Shown here piece by piece: positions 41,517-53,497 of a DNA stretch of 64,000 bases. The notes beneath the pieces were generated by a model, which saw only the letters and a list, made by a program, of their open reading frames with translations, searched no databases and was not told where the DNA came from. The position numbers and the translations under genes are program-made. Position 1 is the stretch's first letter. Every line of letters begins with the position of its first letter. The stretch lies in assembly GCA_951406725.2 (NCBI GenBank), contig OX597828.1:12214001-12278000 (forward strand), written 5' to 3'. This stretch comes from Octopus vulgaris. Taxonomy: Eukaryota.

Positions 41517-41585
<69 letters not shown>

Positions 41586-42864
41586 ATATACAATATATAT
41601 AATATATATAATATATAATTTATAGGAATATATGCATATACATACATATATACATACATATGTGCATCCATACCTACATACATACGGAAACATGCATTTG
41701 CTCAAGTCATGGTTCTGAATTACAAAACAGTCATGCTTCGGGTCTGTCTTCGAAATTATCATTTTATCATCTTTTAGAGAAATCGTTATTGTTTTAACTT
41801 AGTTTCCATTTTACAAAACGGTAGCCATATTTTTGTTTAAAATTTGAATATTTCAACTTGAATAATTCTAATGTTTAAATTTTCACCTCATGACTGCTAT
41901 AACTGTTTAATTATTATTTTTGTTTTCTTGTGAAATTTATATTAGAGAGACTAATGTACTTCTTCCAATTTGTGTATCAAGAATAACAATTTGGCCAATG
42001 TTTTATTCATTAGATCTGATTTATCAAGTTTTTACTAAATTATATTTATTTTACAAGAAGCATCCAAAAAATCATTATTCAGTCTATCATAATCAGTAGT
42101 ACTCGAGCATTAGATTATGGTATCATAGCGTAAATAAAACCGAAATCAACTTCCGTTTATCCCTATCTTGGTATGCTTCGTTACTCCAGCTCATATTCAA
42201 GCTTATGTCTAAAAGACCTATTTATCAAAGACCTATTTATCAGAGATTAACAATTTAATCATAGGAAATATGTTCTTTTTTTTAATTTTCATATGAGTAC
42301 ATACAGATACATACAATCACAAATACATACTGAAATTCATAATATAACAAGGTTATGAAACGGCTGTAGTCATATGGAAGTAATGGCAAAATCTAACACC
42401 TGGCCTTCGCCTTTCACACCTCCTGGCTTAATACGTTAAATACATACATACATACATACATACATGCATGCATACATACGTACGTACATACATACATACA
42501 TACAAACATACGTACGTACGTACATACATACATACATACATACATGCATGCATGCATGCATACATACATACATACATACATACATACATACATACATACA
42601 TACATACATACATACATGCATACAAACATACATACATACATACATACATACATACATACTACTAAGAGCTTCACCAGATGAATTGCATGGTAATATTGGT
42701 TCTTGTCAGATAAAGAGCTATATAATTGTGTTTATAAACGAGAGATAGAATATGATGATTTAGGAAAGTAAATTGGATATAGGACATATGTATATATATA
42801 TATATACATATATATACATACAAGCACACATACAAACACACATATATATATGTATATTTCCTTT

Positions 42865-43080
42865 CTTTTTACTTGTTTCAGTCATTTGACTGTGGCCATG
42901 CTGGAGCACCGCATTTAGTCGAACAAATCGATCCCAGGACTTATTCTTTGTAAGCCTAGTACTTATTTTATCCGTCTCTTTTGCCGAACCGCTAAGTGAC
43001 GGGGGCGTAAACACACCAGCATCGGTTGTCAGGCGATGTTGGGAGCGGGGACAAACACAGACACAAACATATACACACAC

Positions 43081-43117
<37 letters not shown>

Positions 43118-43285
43118 TACGAAGGGTTTTTTTCAGTTTCCGTCTACCAAATCCACTCCCAAGGCTTTGGTCAGCGTGTGGCTATAGTAGTAGACACTTG
43201 CCTAAGGTACCACGCAGTGGGACTAAACCCGAAACCATGTGGCTTGTAAGCAAGCTACTTACCACACAAATACTCCTGCGCCTAT
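42865..43285 (-). mobile_element. SINE family A
   Basis: Full reverse-complement copy. Confidence 0.85.
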
Positions 43286-43295
43286 ATATATTATC

Positions 43296-43342
<47 letters not shown>

Positions 43343-43696
43343 TGAGAAAGAGAGAGAGAGAGGGCAAATGGCTTAAGATAGTTGGGTGGGAAGATGAGGT
43401 TTTTCCCGAGAAGCACTCAACCCGAATATTGGTCTATAAACATTATCAGGATCCAAGCCAAGGCCGGAATACTTTTGGTGTAGAAAATACATGTTACATG
43501 ACGAGATTATAACGTCATTTGCTTTGGCAAAGAGTAAATAATCTAATGAAAAGAAGACAAAAAAAATGCTTTTACTAATCTTAAATGTTACACGTTTCTG
43601 TACCATCGCTATTTGCAACGCTACATATATATAAATAAACATACACGCACATGCAAACAGCTATATATATATACACATACAGATAAATCCATACAT

Positions 43697-43729
<33 letters not shown>

Positions 43730-43839
43730 TACCCATACGATCATATAGGTCTATCAGTACACCCATGCAGATACGTATATACATACATACATACATACAT
43801 ACATACATACATACATACATACATACATACATACATACA

Positions 43840-43870
<31 letters not shown>

Positions 43871-44244
43871 GTGTATATCCCGTATTCACACTTCTAATTT
43901 TCTTCCTTTTCATTTCCTCCGGATAATTTCATAACAAAAAGGTCTGATAGGCTGAGGAAGTGCCGCTCCAATGCCTAAAACCGCATATATTGCGTAATTT
44001 TTCTTTTAGAATTTTCGCGTAACCTGGCGTTGCAAATGGGGATGGTACGGAGAATATCAGATACGGCTGGTTCGTAGGGTTACCCAGGGCTTCGCGTCAA
44101 CCAGCCATTAGGGTCTGAGGAAACATGCATAAAACTAAGCGATCTATGGACACGGAAGCATGGGTAACTCTATGAACTAACCATAATTAACACACACAGA
44201 CACACACATGCATATAACTTAAAATTGAATAGAAGATCTGAAAT

Positions 44245-44290
44245 CCACCTGATGAATGTCCTTAGAAGAGACACGAAACAATTGTAGTGG
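44245..44290 (+). ncRNA. Minimal type I hammerhead ribozyme, canonical core
   Basis: CCAC-CTGATGA-A-TGTC...GACA-C-GAAAC-AATT-GTA-GTGG; palindromic stem III. Confidence 0.8.
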
Positions 44291-44388
44291 CGAATTTAAT
44301 TTTATTTAATTTATATTAAATTTTTTTATGTATTGGATTAAGTCTTTCTTTGTTTGATTTGCAAAATAGTGGTTTTGTCTCTAATTAA

Positions 44389-44449
<61 letters not shown>

Positions 44450-44685
44450 TTACAGATATAGGGGAAAGATAATTAATTTAATAAAATCAACAAATTTCAC
44501 CTACCGGTATTTCGGTATGGAAGTCTTTGTGACTCACGTGGTAGAAACAATTTTGTAGGGAAATACGAATTCACTTGTCTATATAAATGTGGATATGCTG
44601 ATTAGCTTTTATATGTTCCGGTGACGCTTGGTCGGAAATATAAGAGATAAATTTTCCTAGCATTTCTAGATGTATTTACTGGAAT

Positions 44686-44744
44686 ATTATGTTGATAAAG
44701 GAAATTAATCTTATGATTTTAATCCAGAAACGTACGTCCATAAT
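44686..44744 (+). ncRNA. Degenerate hammerhead-like motif
   Basis: ATTATG-TTGATAA-A-GGA...TCC-A-GAAAC-GTAC-GTC-CATAAT. Confidence 0.55.
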
Positions 44745-44891
44745 TAACCGAGGACTGTTTGATTTCATTTTTTTCTTTTTTTTTTTTGCCATATGTGAGT
44801 TACAAATATTGTCTGAGGAGACATATTTTTGTAGAAAAAGGAAATAGTAGTCCTTTGGCTGTTATTTCTAAAATTTTCGGTATGTGGTCAT

Positions 44892-44936
<45 letters not shown>

Positions 44937-44953
44937 TATAGATATATATAGAT

Positions 44954-45004
<51 letters not shown>

Positions 45005-45180
45005 TTCCAGACGACGCGTTGTGCCGTAGAGCAAAACACTTTATTTTACGTTCGTCCAGTCCACTCAGCTGGCTAAAAACTGTCTGCGGAGTGCTCAGCC
45101 ACTTGCACGTTAATCTCACGGTCCGTTGTTCCGTTGATCGCATCAGCTGGGACTCTTGTCATCGTAAGCAACGGAGTGTT

Positions 45181-45240
<60 letters not shown>

Positions 45241-45456
45241 GTTATGAGAGGTAGTAGTGTCAAGAAGACCCAAAGGTGTCAGGTTATGCTGAGTAAGTGC
45301 TGTGGACAGACTATAGTTAAGCTCCAGGTTCGGTGATTATGCGAATGAGGAGTCCAACGTAGGTCATATATCAGCATGAGTATATACAAAAAAATTAACA
45401 GAATGAGAAAAAATATCCAAGAGTGTAAAAAATTTCAGAACATTAATAAAGAGATG

Positions 45457-45505
45457 GTCTTACAGCTGTTTCCGGAATGATTTTATACATGCCTTCATCG
45501 GAGAC
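45457..45505 (-). ncRNA. Hammerhead-like motif (variant core CCGAUGA)
   Basis: Minus strand: GTCT-CCGATGA-AGG...CCG-GAAAC-AGCT-GTA-AGAC. Confidence 0.6.
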
Positions 45506-45793
45506 GGTGTGAGAAAATGGTTACGCAATAGTTATTCTAGATACGATATGAAATAGAGAGTAAAGAGGATGAGTGAAAATAGACGTGAGATATGCAAGAA
45601 TATTGTATATGCAGTTCTCTTATTTAGGCAGAATGGTATGCATACATGATTCCTGTGCCTTGTGTGTAAGTTCCAATAGTATTTAAAATTGGTCATTCCA
45701 AGCATAGAGTTTGTAAGCGGTGTTATTGAATCTCTTTGTAAATGTTCTGAAACCTTTCACAGCCTTGGATTTTTATCTCATTCTGTTAATTTA

Positions 45794-45843
<50 letters not shown>

Positions 45844-45920
45844 TTGAGTTGTGGGGTATCGCACGAGTGGGATTATATAAGAAAAAAGGTTTGAAAATGC
45901 AATTTAAACGATGTTTATTT

Positions 45921-45961
45921 ACTTAACCGGTTTCACTCTTTGGTAAAAGATTGTCAAAAGT
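45921..45961 (-). ncRNA. Degenerate hammerhead-like motif
   Basis: Minus strand: ACTT-TTGACAA-TCTTT...AAAGA-GT-GAAAC-CG-GTT-AAGT. Confidence 0.4.
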
Positions 45962-45976
45962 TACATTTAAGGAAAC

Positions 45977-46203
45977 ATTGAATAATATGGGTTCAAAAAA
46001 GTTTTTTACATAATTGTCACATTGAATATTATGCATTCAAAAAAGTTTTTTACATAATTGTCACATTGGATATTATGGGTTCAAAAAAAGTTTTTTACAT
46101 AATTGTCACATTGAATATTATGCATTCACAAAAGTTTTTTACATAATTGTCACATTGGATATTATGAATTCAAAAATGTTTTTTTATACATAATTGTCAC
46201 ATT
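45977..46203. repeat. ~44-bp minisatellite, about five copies
   Basis: ATTG(A/G)ATATTATG..TTCAAAAAAGTTTTTTACATAATTGTCAC repeated. Confidence 0.85.
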
Positions 46204-46614
46204 ACATGTATAAATATAGTGTTTGGTAACAGAGAAGTTCAATAGTGTGATGAGAATATTTGGGAAAATTTGGCAGAAAAGGATAAAACAAATATATTAT
46301 TGGGAATTGGTTGCGTTAATTATTGGTTGTCGCAAATTGTCACATTACATGTATATATATACAATCTTTGGTATATATATACAGCGTTTTGACAGCAAAA
46401 ATTAAAATGGATTTTTTGTACATCTCAGAATATTTTAAGTATGTTTTTACTGACCTGTCAGTATTAGCAGAAAGGCTGAACTGAGAGAACAGAAGAAGTA
46501 GCCAATGTGGTGTATACTTCCCCTTTATGCATGAATGATTTTGGGGTTATCAGGAGGTTAGTATGCGGGTGTGAATAGATGTGTCCGTGCCTGCTGGTCA
46601 GACAGCGTCTGTTT

Positions 46615-47657
46615 GTCACACACATATATATACACACAAACACACACACACAACAACACACACACACACACACACACATAGTATACAAACACACACCACA
46701 TACAAACAACACACACACACACAGAACACACACACCCACACACAACGCACCCACATATATCACATATACACACAGCACACAAATATAACATGTATCTATA
46801 TATAACATACATAGATATATAACACACATACACACACAACACACACACACACACACACACAACACACGCACACATACATACATAATATAAATGTCACACA
46901 AATACACCTAGCATATATATACACACATACAATACACACATACAGCATGTAAGTAATATACATACACAATATATGCATGCAATATACATACGCAATACAT
47001 ACATATAATATATATATATATAGACAATGCATATACATATATACACATATACATATAAATAGTGTTTACATACACATACATAGATGTACCACATATACAC
47101 ACAACACACATACATACAATGCATACACATACACGTACGCATACATATAATATATATATACACACACACACACACATAACATACATACACACACAATGCA
47201 TACATATATATACACGCAATGCATATACATGTATTTCATGCACATATAGCACACCTACAATATACATATATACAGTGCACACATACACACAAATATATAC
47301 ACTTAATTGTACACGTACATATACAATACACATACATACAATATACATATACACAATGCGCATGCAAATAATGTACATGTTTATACACACATAAACATGC
47401 AAATAAATATACACACACACACATATATATACACATATATATATATATATATACACACATACATACATACATACATGCACATACATATATTTTTTCACAC
47501 ACATACACACACATATATATATATAAAAAATTCACCACCCCCCACACACACAAATTACAAACCTATAGCGTACACACTCAAATATATCTCTACATGCCGC
47601 ACACACACACAAACAAAGTACTAACATATACACACATACCATGCATATACACACACA

Positions 47658-47701
<44 letters not shown>

Positions 47702-47890
47702 ACAGATACATATGTAAATACATACACACGTACACAATGCTCACACACACACACACACACATACACACACACCCGCACACAGTGCACACACACACACACA
47801 TATATACACACGTGCACACACACACACACATACAACGCGCGCACACACACATATACATATATATATATATATGTGTGTGTGTGTATATAA
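46615..47890. repeat. Degenerate (CA)/(TA) low-complexity tract
   Basis: Read directly from the sequence. Confidence 0.9.
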
Positions 47891-47897
47891 ATATATA

Positions 47898-48250
47898 GGT
47901 GCAGGAGTAGCGGTGTGGTAAGAAGCTAGCTTCCCTGCCACCTGCTTTCTGCTTCTATTATAGCCTCGGGACGACCAAAGTTAGATGGGACTTGTTAGAC
48001 GGAAACTGAAAGAAGGCCGTCGTATATAGATATATGCGTGTACGTGTGTATTTGCACGTCTCTGTTTGTCCCCCACAATCGGTTGACAACTGATGTTGGT
48101 GTGTTTACGTCCCTGTAACATAGCGGTTCTGCATAGAGACCGATAGAAAAAGTACTAGGCTTACAAAGAATAAGTTCTGGGGTTGATTTGTTCGACTAAA
48201 GGCAGTGCTCCACCATGGCCGCAGTGAAATGACTGAAGTAAGTAAAAGAA
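47898..48250 (+). mobile_element. SINE family A (deletion in head)
   Basis: Head start, body and tail are recognisable. Confidence 0.8.
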
Positions 48251-48936
48251 TTAAAAAATTATAGAATATATATATACGTATGTATGTATGTATGTATTAT
48301 GTATGTATGTATGTATGCATGTATGTGTCTATGTGTATAAGTTTAAGTATATATGTATGATTCTACATGGCTTGATATCCGTCAGTTTCAACAATGAATA
48401 TTCAATTGTTCTCTCTGTTGAATTACCTGTTCTTTGTTTTAGTACGTAAGTGATTGAGCATTACACACACTCACGCGCGCGTGCACAGATATACACGCAC
48501 GCACACATTCATGCACACACATTCACTCATACACACATGCGAACACTTCTAAGCCATTAAATTGTTCATCTTTTCTCTTAAGCTTCTCTTTCTCGCTAAT
48601 TACTCTTCTTAATTCTCAGCAACTGTCTTGTCGAAAATATAAAATTGATGAGAAAGAAACTATAAAATGAAGAATTTTTAAGGTATACCGAAAATTGATT
48701 CAAGGTGTGAAGTGATGCAAAGAAAGTTTCTTTTGCCTGAATGATTTAAATTATATAACAATGCATCTTTTTTAAAATTAGCTGAAGGAAGGTAACACAA
48801 TATTAACAAAACCACGATGCTGCAGTTTCTTTTTGACCGTTTCCATACCAACAGATACTATTGAGCTAAATAGGACATCCCCAACACATATATCGACAGC
48901 CAGATATTATTAAGGAATTTGCAGTCAAGAATAATT

Positions 48937-49352
48937 GGATCTTTTCGGTTTGAACGGCAGTTTTTTAATATAATTTCCACGTAACTAAACACTTTTAAAC
49001 TTCGTATACTGGTAAAATGTGTTTGTAAAACATCTTTTTCTCTTGGCTTTATTGAGAAAATTCTATAGTTTGTAAGATATTTGTTTTTTTTCCTTCAATT
49101 TCTGCAATTTCAACCAATCAATGGCGTCTATTGAGGTGAAAACATTCTGTGCCGTATGAATATGTCCCTTGTTTAAGAAACAGATTGGGTTTATTTACAT
49201 TTCAGAAGAAAAAAAAGATACCCTTTCCCCCACCCCTAACCCTAACCCTAAAACAGATTGAAATGCAATAGATCGATACTAGGGTCATAATTAGGGGTAA
49301 CAATTTCATATGACATCGCTAGAAAGAACCGCCGTTCAAACCGAAAAGACCC
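48937..49352. mobile_element. GG-terminated MITE, copy 4
   Basis: TIRs; perfect TSD GAATAATT. Confidence 0.92.
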
Positions 49353-49463
49353 GAATAATTATTTCAATAGGAAGCACTCAGATTATGTCCAGTTTCTCAA
49401 GATACTGCACAGTAAATATACAGCAGATAACTACTTCACATTGATGTTAATTTTTTGTTTCGG

Positions 49464-49536
49464 TCCTCGGTAGTATAGTGGTAAGTATCCCCCGCCTGTC
49501 ACGCGGGAGACCGGGGTTCGATTCCCCACCGGGGTG
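49464..49536 (+). tRNA. tRNA-Asp(GTC): tRNA-Asp(GTC), possibly a pseudogene
   Basis: TCCTCGGTAGTATAGTGGTAAGTATCCCCCGCCTGTCACGCGGGAGACCGGGGTTCGATTCCCCACCGGGGTG. It has an extra C before the anticodon stem and mismatches at 1:72 and in the T stem. TTTT follows at ~49551. Confidence 0.85.
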
Positions 49537-49561
49537 ACGTTAACGCTGTCTTTATTTTATA

Positions 49562-50682
49562 GGCGCAGGAGTGGCTGTGTGGCAAGCTACTTCACCCCAT
49601 ATGTTTGTCTGTCCTTGTATGTCCCCTCTATGTAACGCCTTAATGGCGAATTTTCATGAAATAAATTAGCTTGCTAACCTCTGCCGTAGAAAGACGTTTT
49701 GGCTGTGAGTCAAACGTTTTGTTGCACGTTGATAATTTTTCTATTGTTGAATGTTTATTGTTGAATATTTTCGAAATGTTGAACATTGTTGAACTTTGAA
49801 AACTTTTGTACTTTTTCCCGGTGACGGGAGAAAGTAATTATTGAAATATTGAAATTATTAATATTGAACTTATTAATATTATTAATATTGAACTTATTAA
49901 AGCCGTTCTAAGCTTTATTGTCGTGAAGCGGGGATGGCATTTGAACTGTCATCCCCATTAATAGGAAAAAAATATTATAGGCTTCCCGTTTTTTGGGATA
50001 AGCAATTTATTATTGCGAGAAAAATTACATTTTGGCCGTGGTAGGCTCTATTGTGGCATCCGCCACTAGTGTGGGCGAGATTTGAACTGTTGTCCTCGTT
50101 GTGAGGAAAAAAATATAATAGGCTTCCCGTTTTGGGGGATTCTATATTTTATTATTGTGTGAAAAAAAAATTGATTTCGAACGTTGTAGGCTTTGTTGCT
50201 ACGTCTCGCCCACCAGTGAAGGTGAGATTTGAACTGCTGTCCTCATGGTGAGAAAAAATATTATAGGTGGCCCGTCTTGGGGGATTCTGTATTTTTATTA
50301 TTGCGTGGAAAAAAAAATTAATTTCGAACGTTGTCGGTTCTGTTGCTACATCTCACACCCCAGCAAGGGTGGGATTTGAACTGTTGTCCTCGTTAAGAGG
50401 AAAAAAAAAGGAAAAAATTATAGGTTTCCCATTTTCTGTATATATATATATATATATATGGATGTGTGTGTTTGTGTGCCTGTGTTTTTCCCCCTCAACA
50501 TCGCCTGACAACCGATGCTGGTGTGTTTACGTCCCTGTAACTTAGCGGTTCGGCAAAAAGAGACCGATAGAATACGTACTAGGCTTACAAAGAATTAGTC
50601 CTGGGGTCGATTTGCTTGACTAAAGGCGGTGCTCCAGCATGGCCGCAGTCAAATCACTGAAACAAGTAAAAGAGTAAAAAGA
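49562..50682 (+). mobile_element. Composite: SINE A head, LINE 3' tip, target remnant, LINE 5' UTR (four monomers), SINE A tail
   Basis: ~49586-49665 matches LINE 12871-12950; ~49680-50435 matches LINE 7927-8555. Confidence 0.85.
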
Positions 50683-51169
50683 ATATAATATATGCAAAAC
50701 AACTGTGCTTTAACGTTATCAATTCGTAGGACTGTCGTGCTGCAGAAGACTTGCTCTTTCTCATTGATTCTTCTAGAAAGGGCAGTCAAACTTTCATCAT
50801 ATCGCACGTATTCTACTGACTTCGTTAAGGATAGATTAATTAATATAGTGCTACACCCTCTTCCACCGTTATTAGGATTCCTTTCATTCAAGCTCTGATA
50901 GATGTGAGTTGATATGAAATTAACGATTAAACAATAATAGCTGTAATCTTCATGATTTGTTCATGTTGAAACAATATACTTCCATGATATACCTTTTAAA
51001 AACATCAGACATTTTTCTTTCATTGACTGTTAGAACAGTCGAGGTACAAAAGACTCATATAACTATCAATTAGTCACGGATGGAAGGACGGCGCCTTATG
51101 AATATTCTTCTCATGTCTCCAAGATGAGCAGGAAAAAAGAGAAGAATGTATCTCGAATCAGAGAAATGA

Positions 51170-51345
51170 CCCAGAGCGAACTCCACTGAATGGAACCAAG
51201 AACCAGGTAAGAGGTGTTAAACCGACCAACGGAGTTCAAAAATAGACATAATAATAACAGCAGAATAGATTCATAGAAGAAATGCAAGGAACCACTGCAG
51301 AAAATTGGTCACGTCAGTTATTAGTTTTGGATGATGGCGTCTAAA
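51170..51345 (+). mobile_element. Possible decayed RTE-type LINE 3' fragment
   Basis: Weak, frameshifted TEW.PR.GKR...RP...DI pattern. Confidence 0.3.
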
Positions 51346-51659
51346 GAAATGAAACTGAGAAACTCAGCTATGCAACTTATATATTTGTAATTATTGAAGT
51401 ATTGATTTATATGTATGTGAAGTAGTTATTGATTTATCAAATAGGCTCGAAGTTGCCTCAGATTTTGTGAGAGGCGTATAGTCGATAATATTGACCACCG
51501 ATATTTTATTTTATCGACCCCGGTGAAAGAAAAGCATTGTTAAATTTTGTATGATACGAAACCAGAAGGGAAAATGGAGTGCCTAAGTGCCGTAAAGCGT
51601 TTAATTTCATTTGCTGCTCCATCAATTCCCACAACCGTCCTTGATGAAGTAATAGCTGA

Positions 51660-52130
51660 CAACAACAAATATTGATTTTAGACTTTGGCACAAGACCAGC
51701 AATTTCTAGAAAGGAGATAAGTCGATCGCATCGACCCCCAGAGCTCAACTAGTATTTATTTTATCAACCCCCAAAAGGATGAAAGACAAAGTTAATCTTG
51801 ACAGAATTTACGCATAACGTAAAGACAAACGAAATACTGCTAAGCATTTCGTTCGAAATGCTAATAGTTCCTCCAGCTCACCGCCTTGAACGAGAAATAC
51901 TATTTAGCATTGGATTAAGGCGACGAGCTGGCAGAACCATCTGAACACTAAACATAACAGTTAGTACCATATTTTCAATCTCTACGTTCTGTGTTCCGCC
52001 GGGGTCGACTTTGCCTTTCATCTTTTTGGAGTCGATAAAATAAGTAGTAGTTATGTATTGGGGTCGATGTTATCGACTAGCCCCTTTCTCCAAAATTTCA
52101 GGTCCTGTTCCTTTAACAGAAAGGGTAATT
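51660..52130. mobile_element. Two head-to-head SINE B copies (51660-51887 minus, 51918-52130 plus)
   Basis: Family B head and GGTCGACTTTGCCTTTCATC core. Confidence 0.75.
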
Positions 52131-52410
52131 AAGCGTTGGTTTAGAACATTGAAAGTGCCCAAATCTTACAAAGTAGATATGGGTCATAGAGGAATAAGCT
52201 ATGGCCAGTATATTGCTATCATTTTGAGGGAGCCGCTTATCCTGCTACATATAGCATGCAAATCTACCTCAAAACCACATTGTACCTCATTAAAAAAGCC
52301 AGACATAGGTTTTCTCAGTCAAAGCTGATCTGCGACTAAACAACTCTCATTTATATCTTAGTAACTAAACTAACTCATACCTTAGCGGTATTAAACATCA
52401 TTTAGTAATA

Positions 52411-52628
52411 CAGTAACACCCTTGCCATATCGCGGTTCACCTAACGCGGTTTATTACTTCAGCTTACGTTGATTCCTCTGTGGTGTTGATTAGTATTTAT
52501 AATAAAATAAATATATACAAATTATAACGATAATAAAAAAGGTATACAGTACTGCTTCTATTTCGCAGATTTTCACCTATCGCGTGGGGTTTTCGGACGT
52601 AACATCCTCGATAGTCGAGGGATTATTG
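52411..52628. mobile_element. Tc1/mariner-pogo-type MITE
   Basis: TA|CAGTAACACCCTTGCCATATCGCGG ... CCTCGATAGTCGAGGGATTATTG|TA: imperfect TIRs with a TA duplication. Confidence 0.65.
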
Positions 52629-53092
52629 TATATTAAAGCCTGGCCATAAACTGACGTAAAAATTTCCTTCATTGACAACAGAATTAATATTATTTTATAC
52701 GGTTCATCTCTTAGGCTGCGGACATGCTGGCGCACCACCAGCGTTTGTTTCAATTTTTGGCACAAGGCCAGCAAGTTAGAAGGTATATGACGACTACTAC
52801 CGTTTCATTTCTTAAATGGTAGTTATTTTATCAATTCCGGGAGAATAAATGGCAAAGTTGACCTCGGCAGAATATGAACTTGAAACGTAAAGACGGATAA
52901 AATGCTAAGCGTTTTGTTAACGATTCTGCAATTGCGCCCCTTAATAACCAAATTAATATCGTTTCTAACGAAGGTACTAAGCCAGCAGTTAATCAATTGA
53001 ATTGATCCCTGACGACAGAAAGGCGCAGGATGGCAAGATTTGAACTTAGAATGTTAAGTACTTGAGAAAGTACCAAAAGCATTTAACAATTC

Positions 53093-53497
53093 CTATTTCT
53101 TTACTGCCCACGAGGGGCTACACACAGAGGGGACAAACAAGGACAGACAAACGGATTAAGTGGATTATATCGACCCCAGTGCGTAAGTGGTACTTATTTA
53201 ATCGATCCCGAAAGGATGAAAGGCAGAGTCGACCTAGGCGGAATTTGAACTCAGAACGTAATGGCAGACGTAATACCTATTTCTTTACTACCCACGAGGG
53301 GTTAAACACAGAGGGGGCAAACAAGGACAGACAAACGGATTAAGTGGATTATATCGACCCCAGTGCGTAAGTGGTACTTATTTAATCGACCCCGAAAGGA
53401 TGAAAGGCAAAGTCGATCTCGGCGGAATTTGAACTCAGAACGTAACGGCTACGCATTTCGCCCGGCGTGCTAACGTTTCTGCCAGCTCGCTGCCTTA
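53093..53497 (-). mobile_element. Tandem pair of SINE B copies carrying the LINE-like tail
   Basis: Two near-identical ~185-bp body+tail units; only the right one has a head. Confidence 0.85.

Larger units (their letters stand above)
39551..41524 (+). mobile_element. Tandem array of four ~491-bp non-coding units, one hammerhead each (retrozyme-like)
   Basis: Units start at 39551, 40042, 40532 and 41024. They differ mostly in homopolymer length and contain no ORF. The array ends in (TA)n. Confidence 0.92.

Noticed and set aside
46455-46612. Minus-strand exon-like island with AG and GT ends
   Set aside because: All three frames contain stops and no protein is recognisable.
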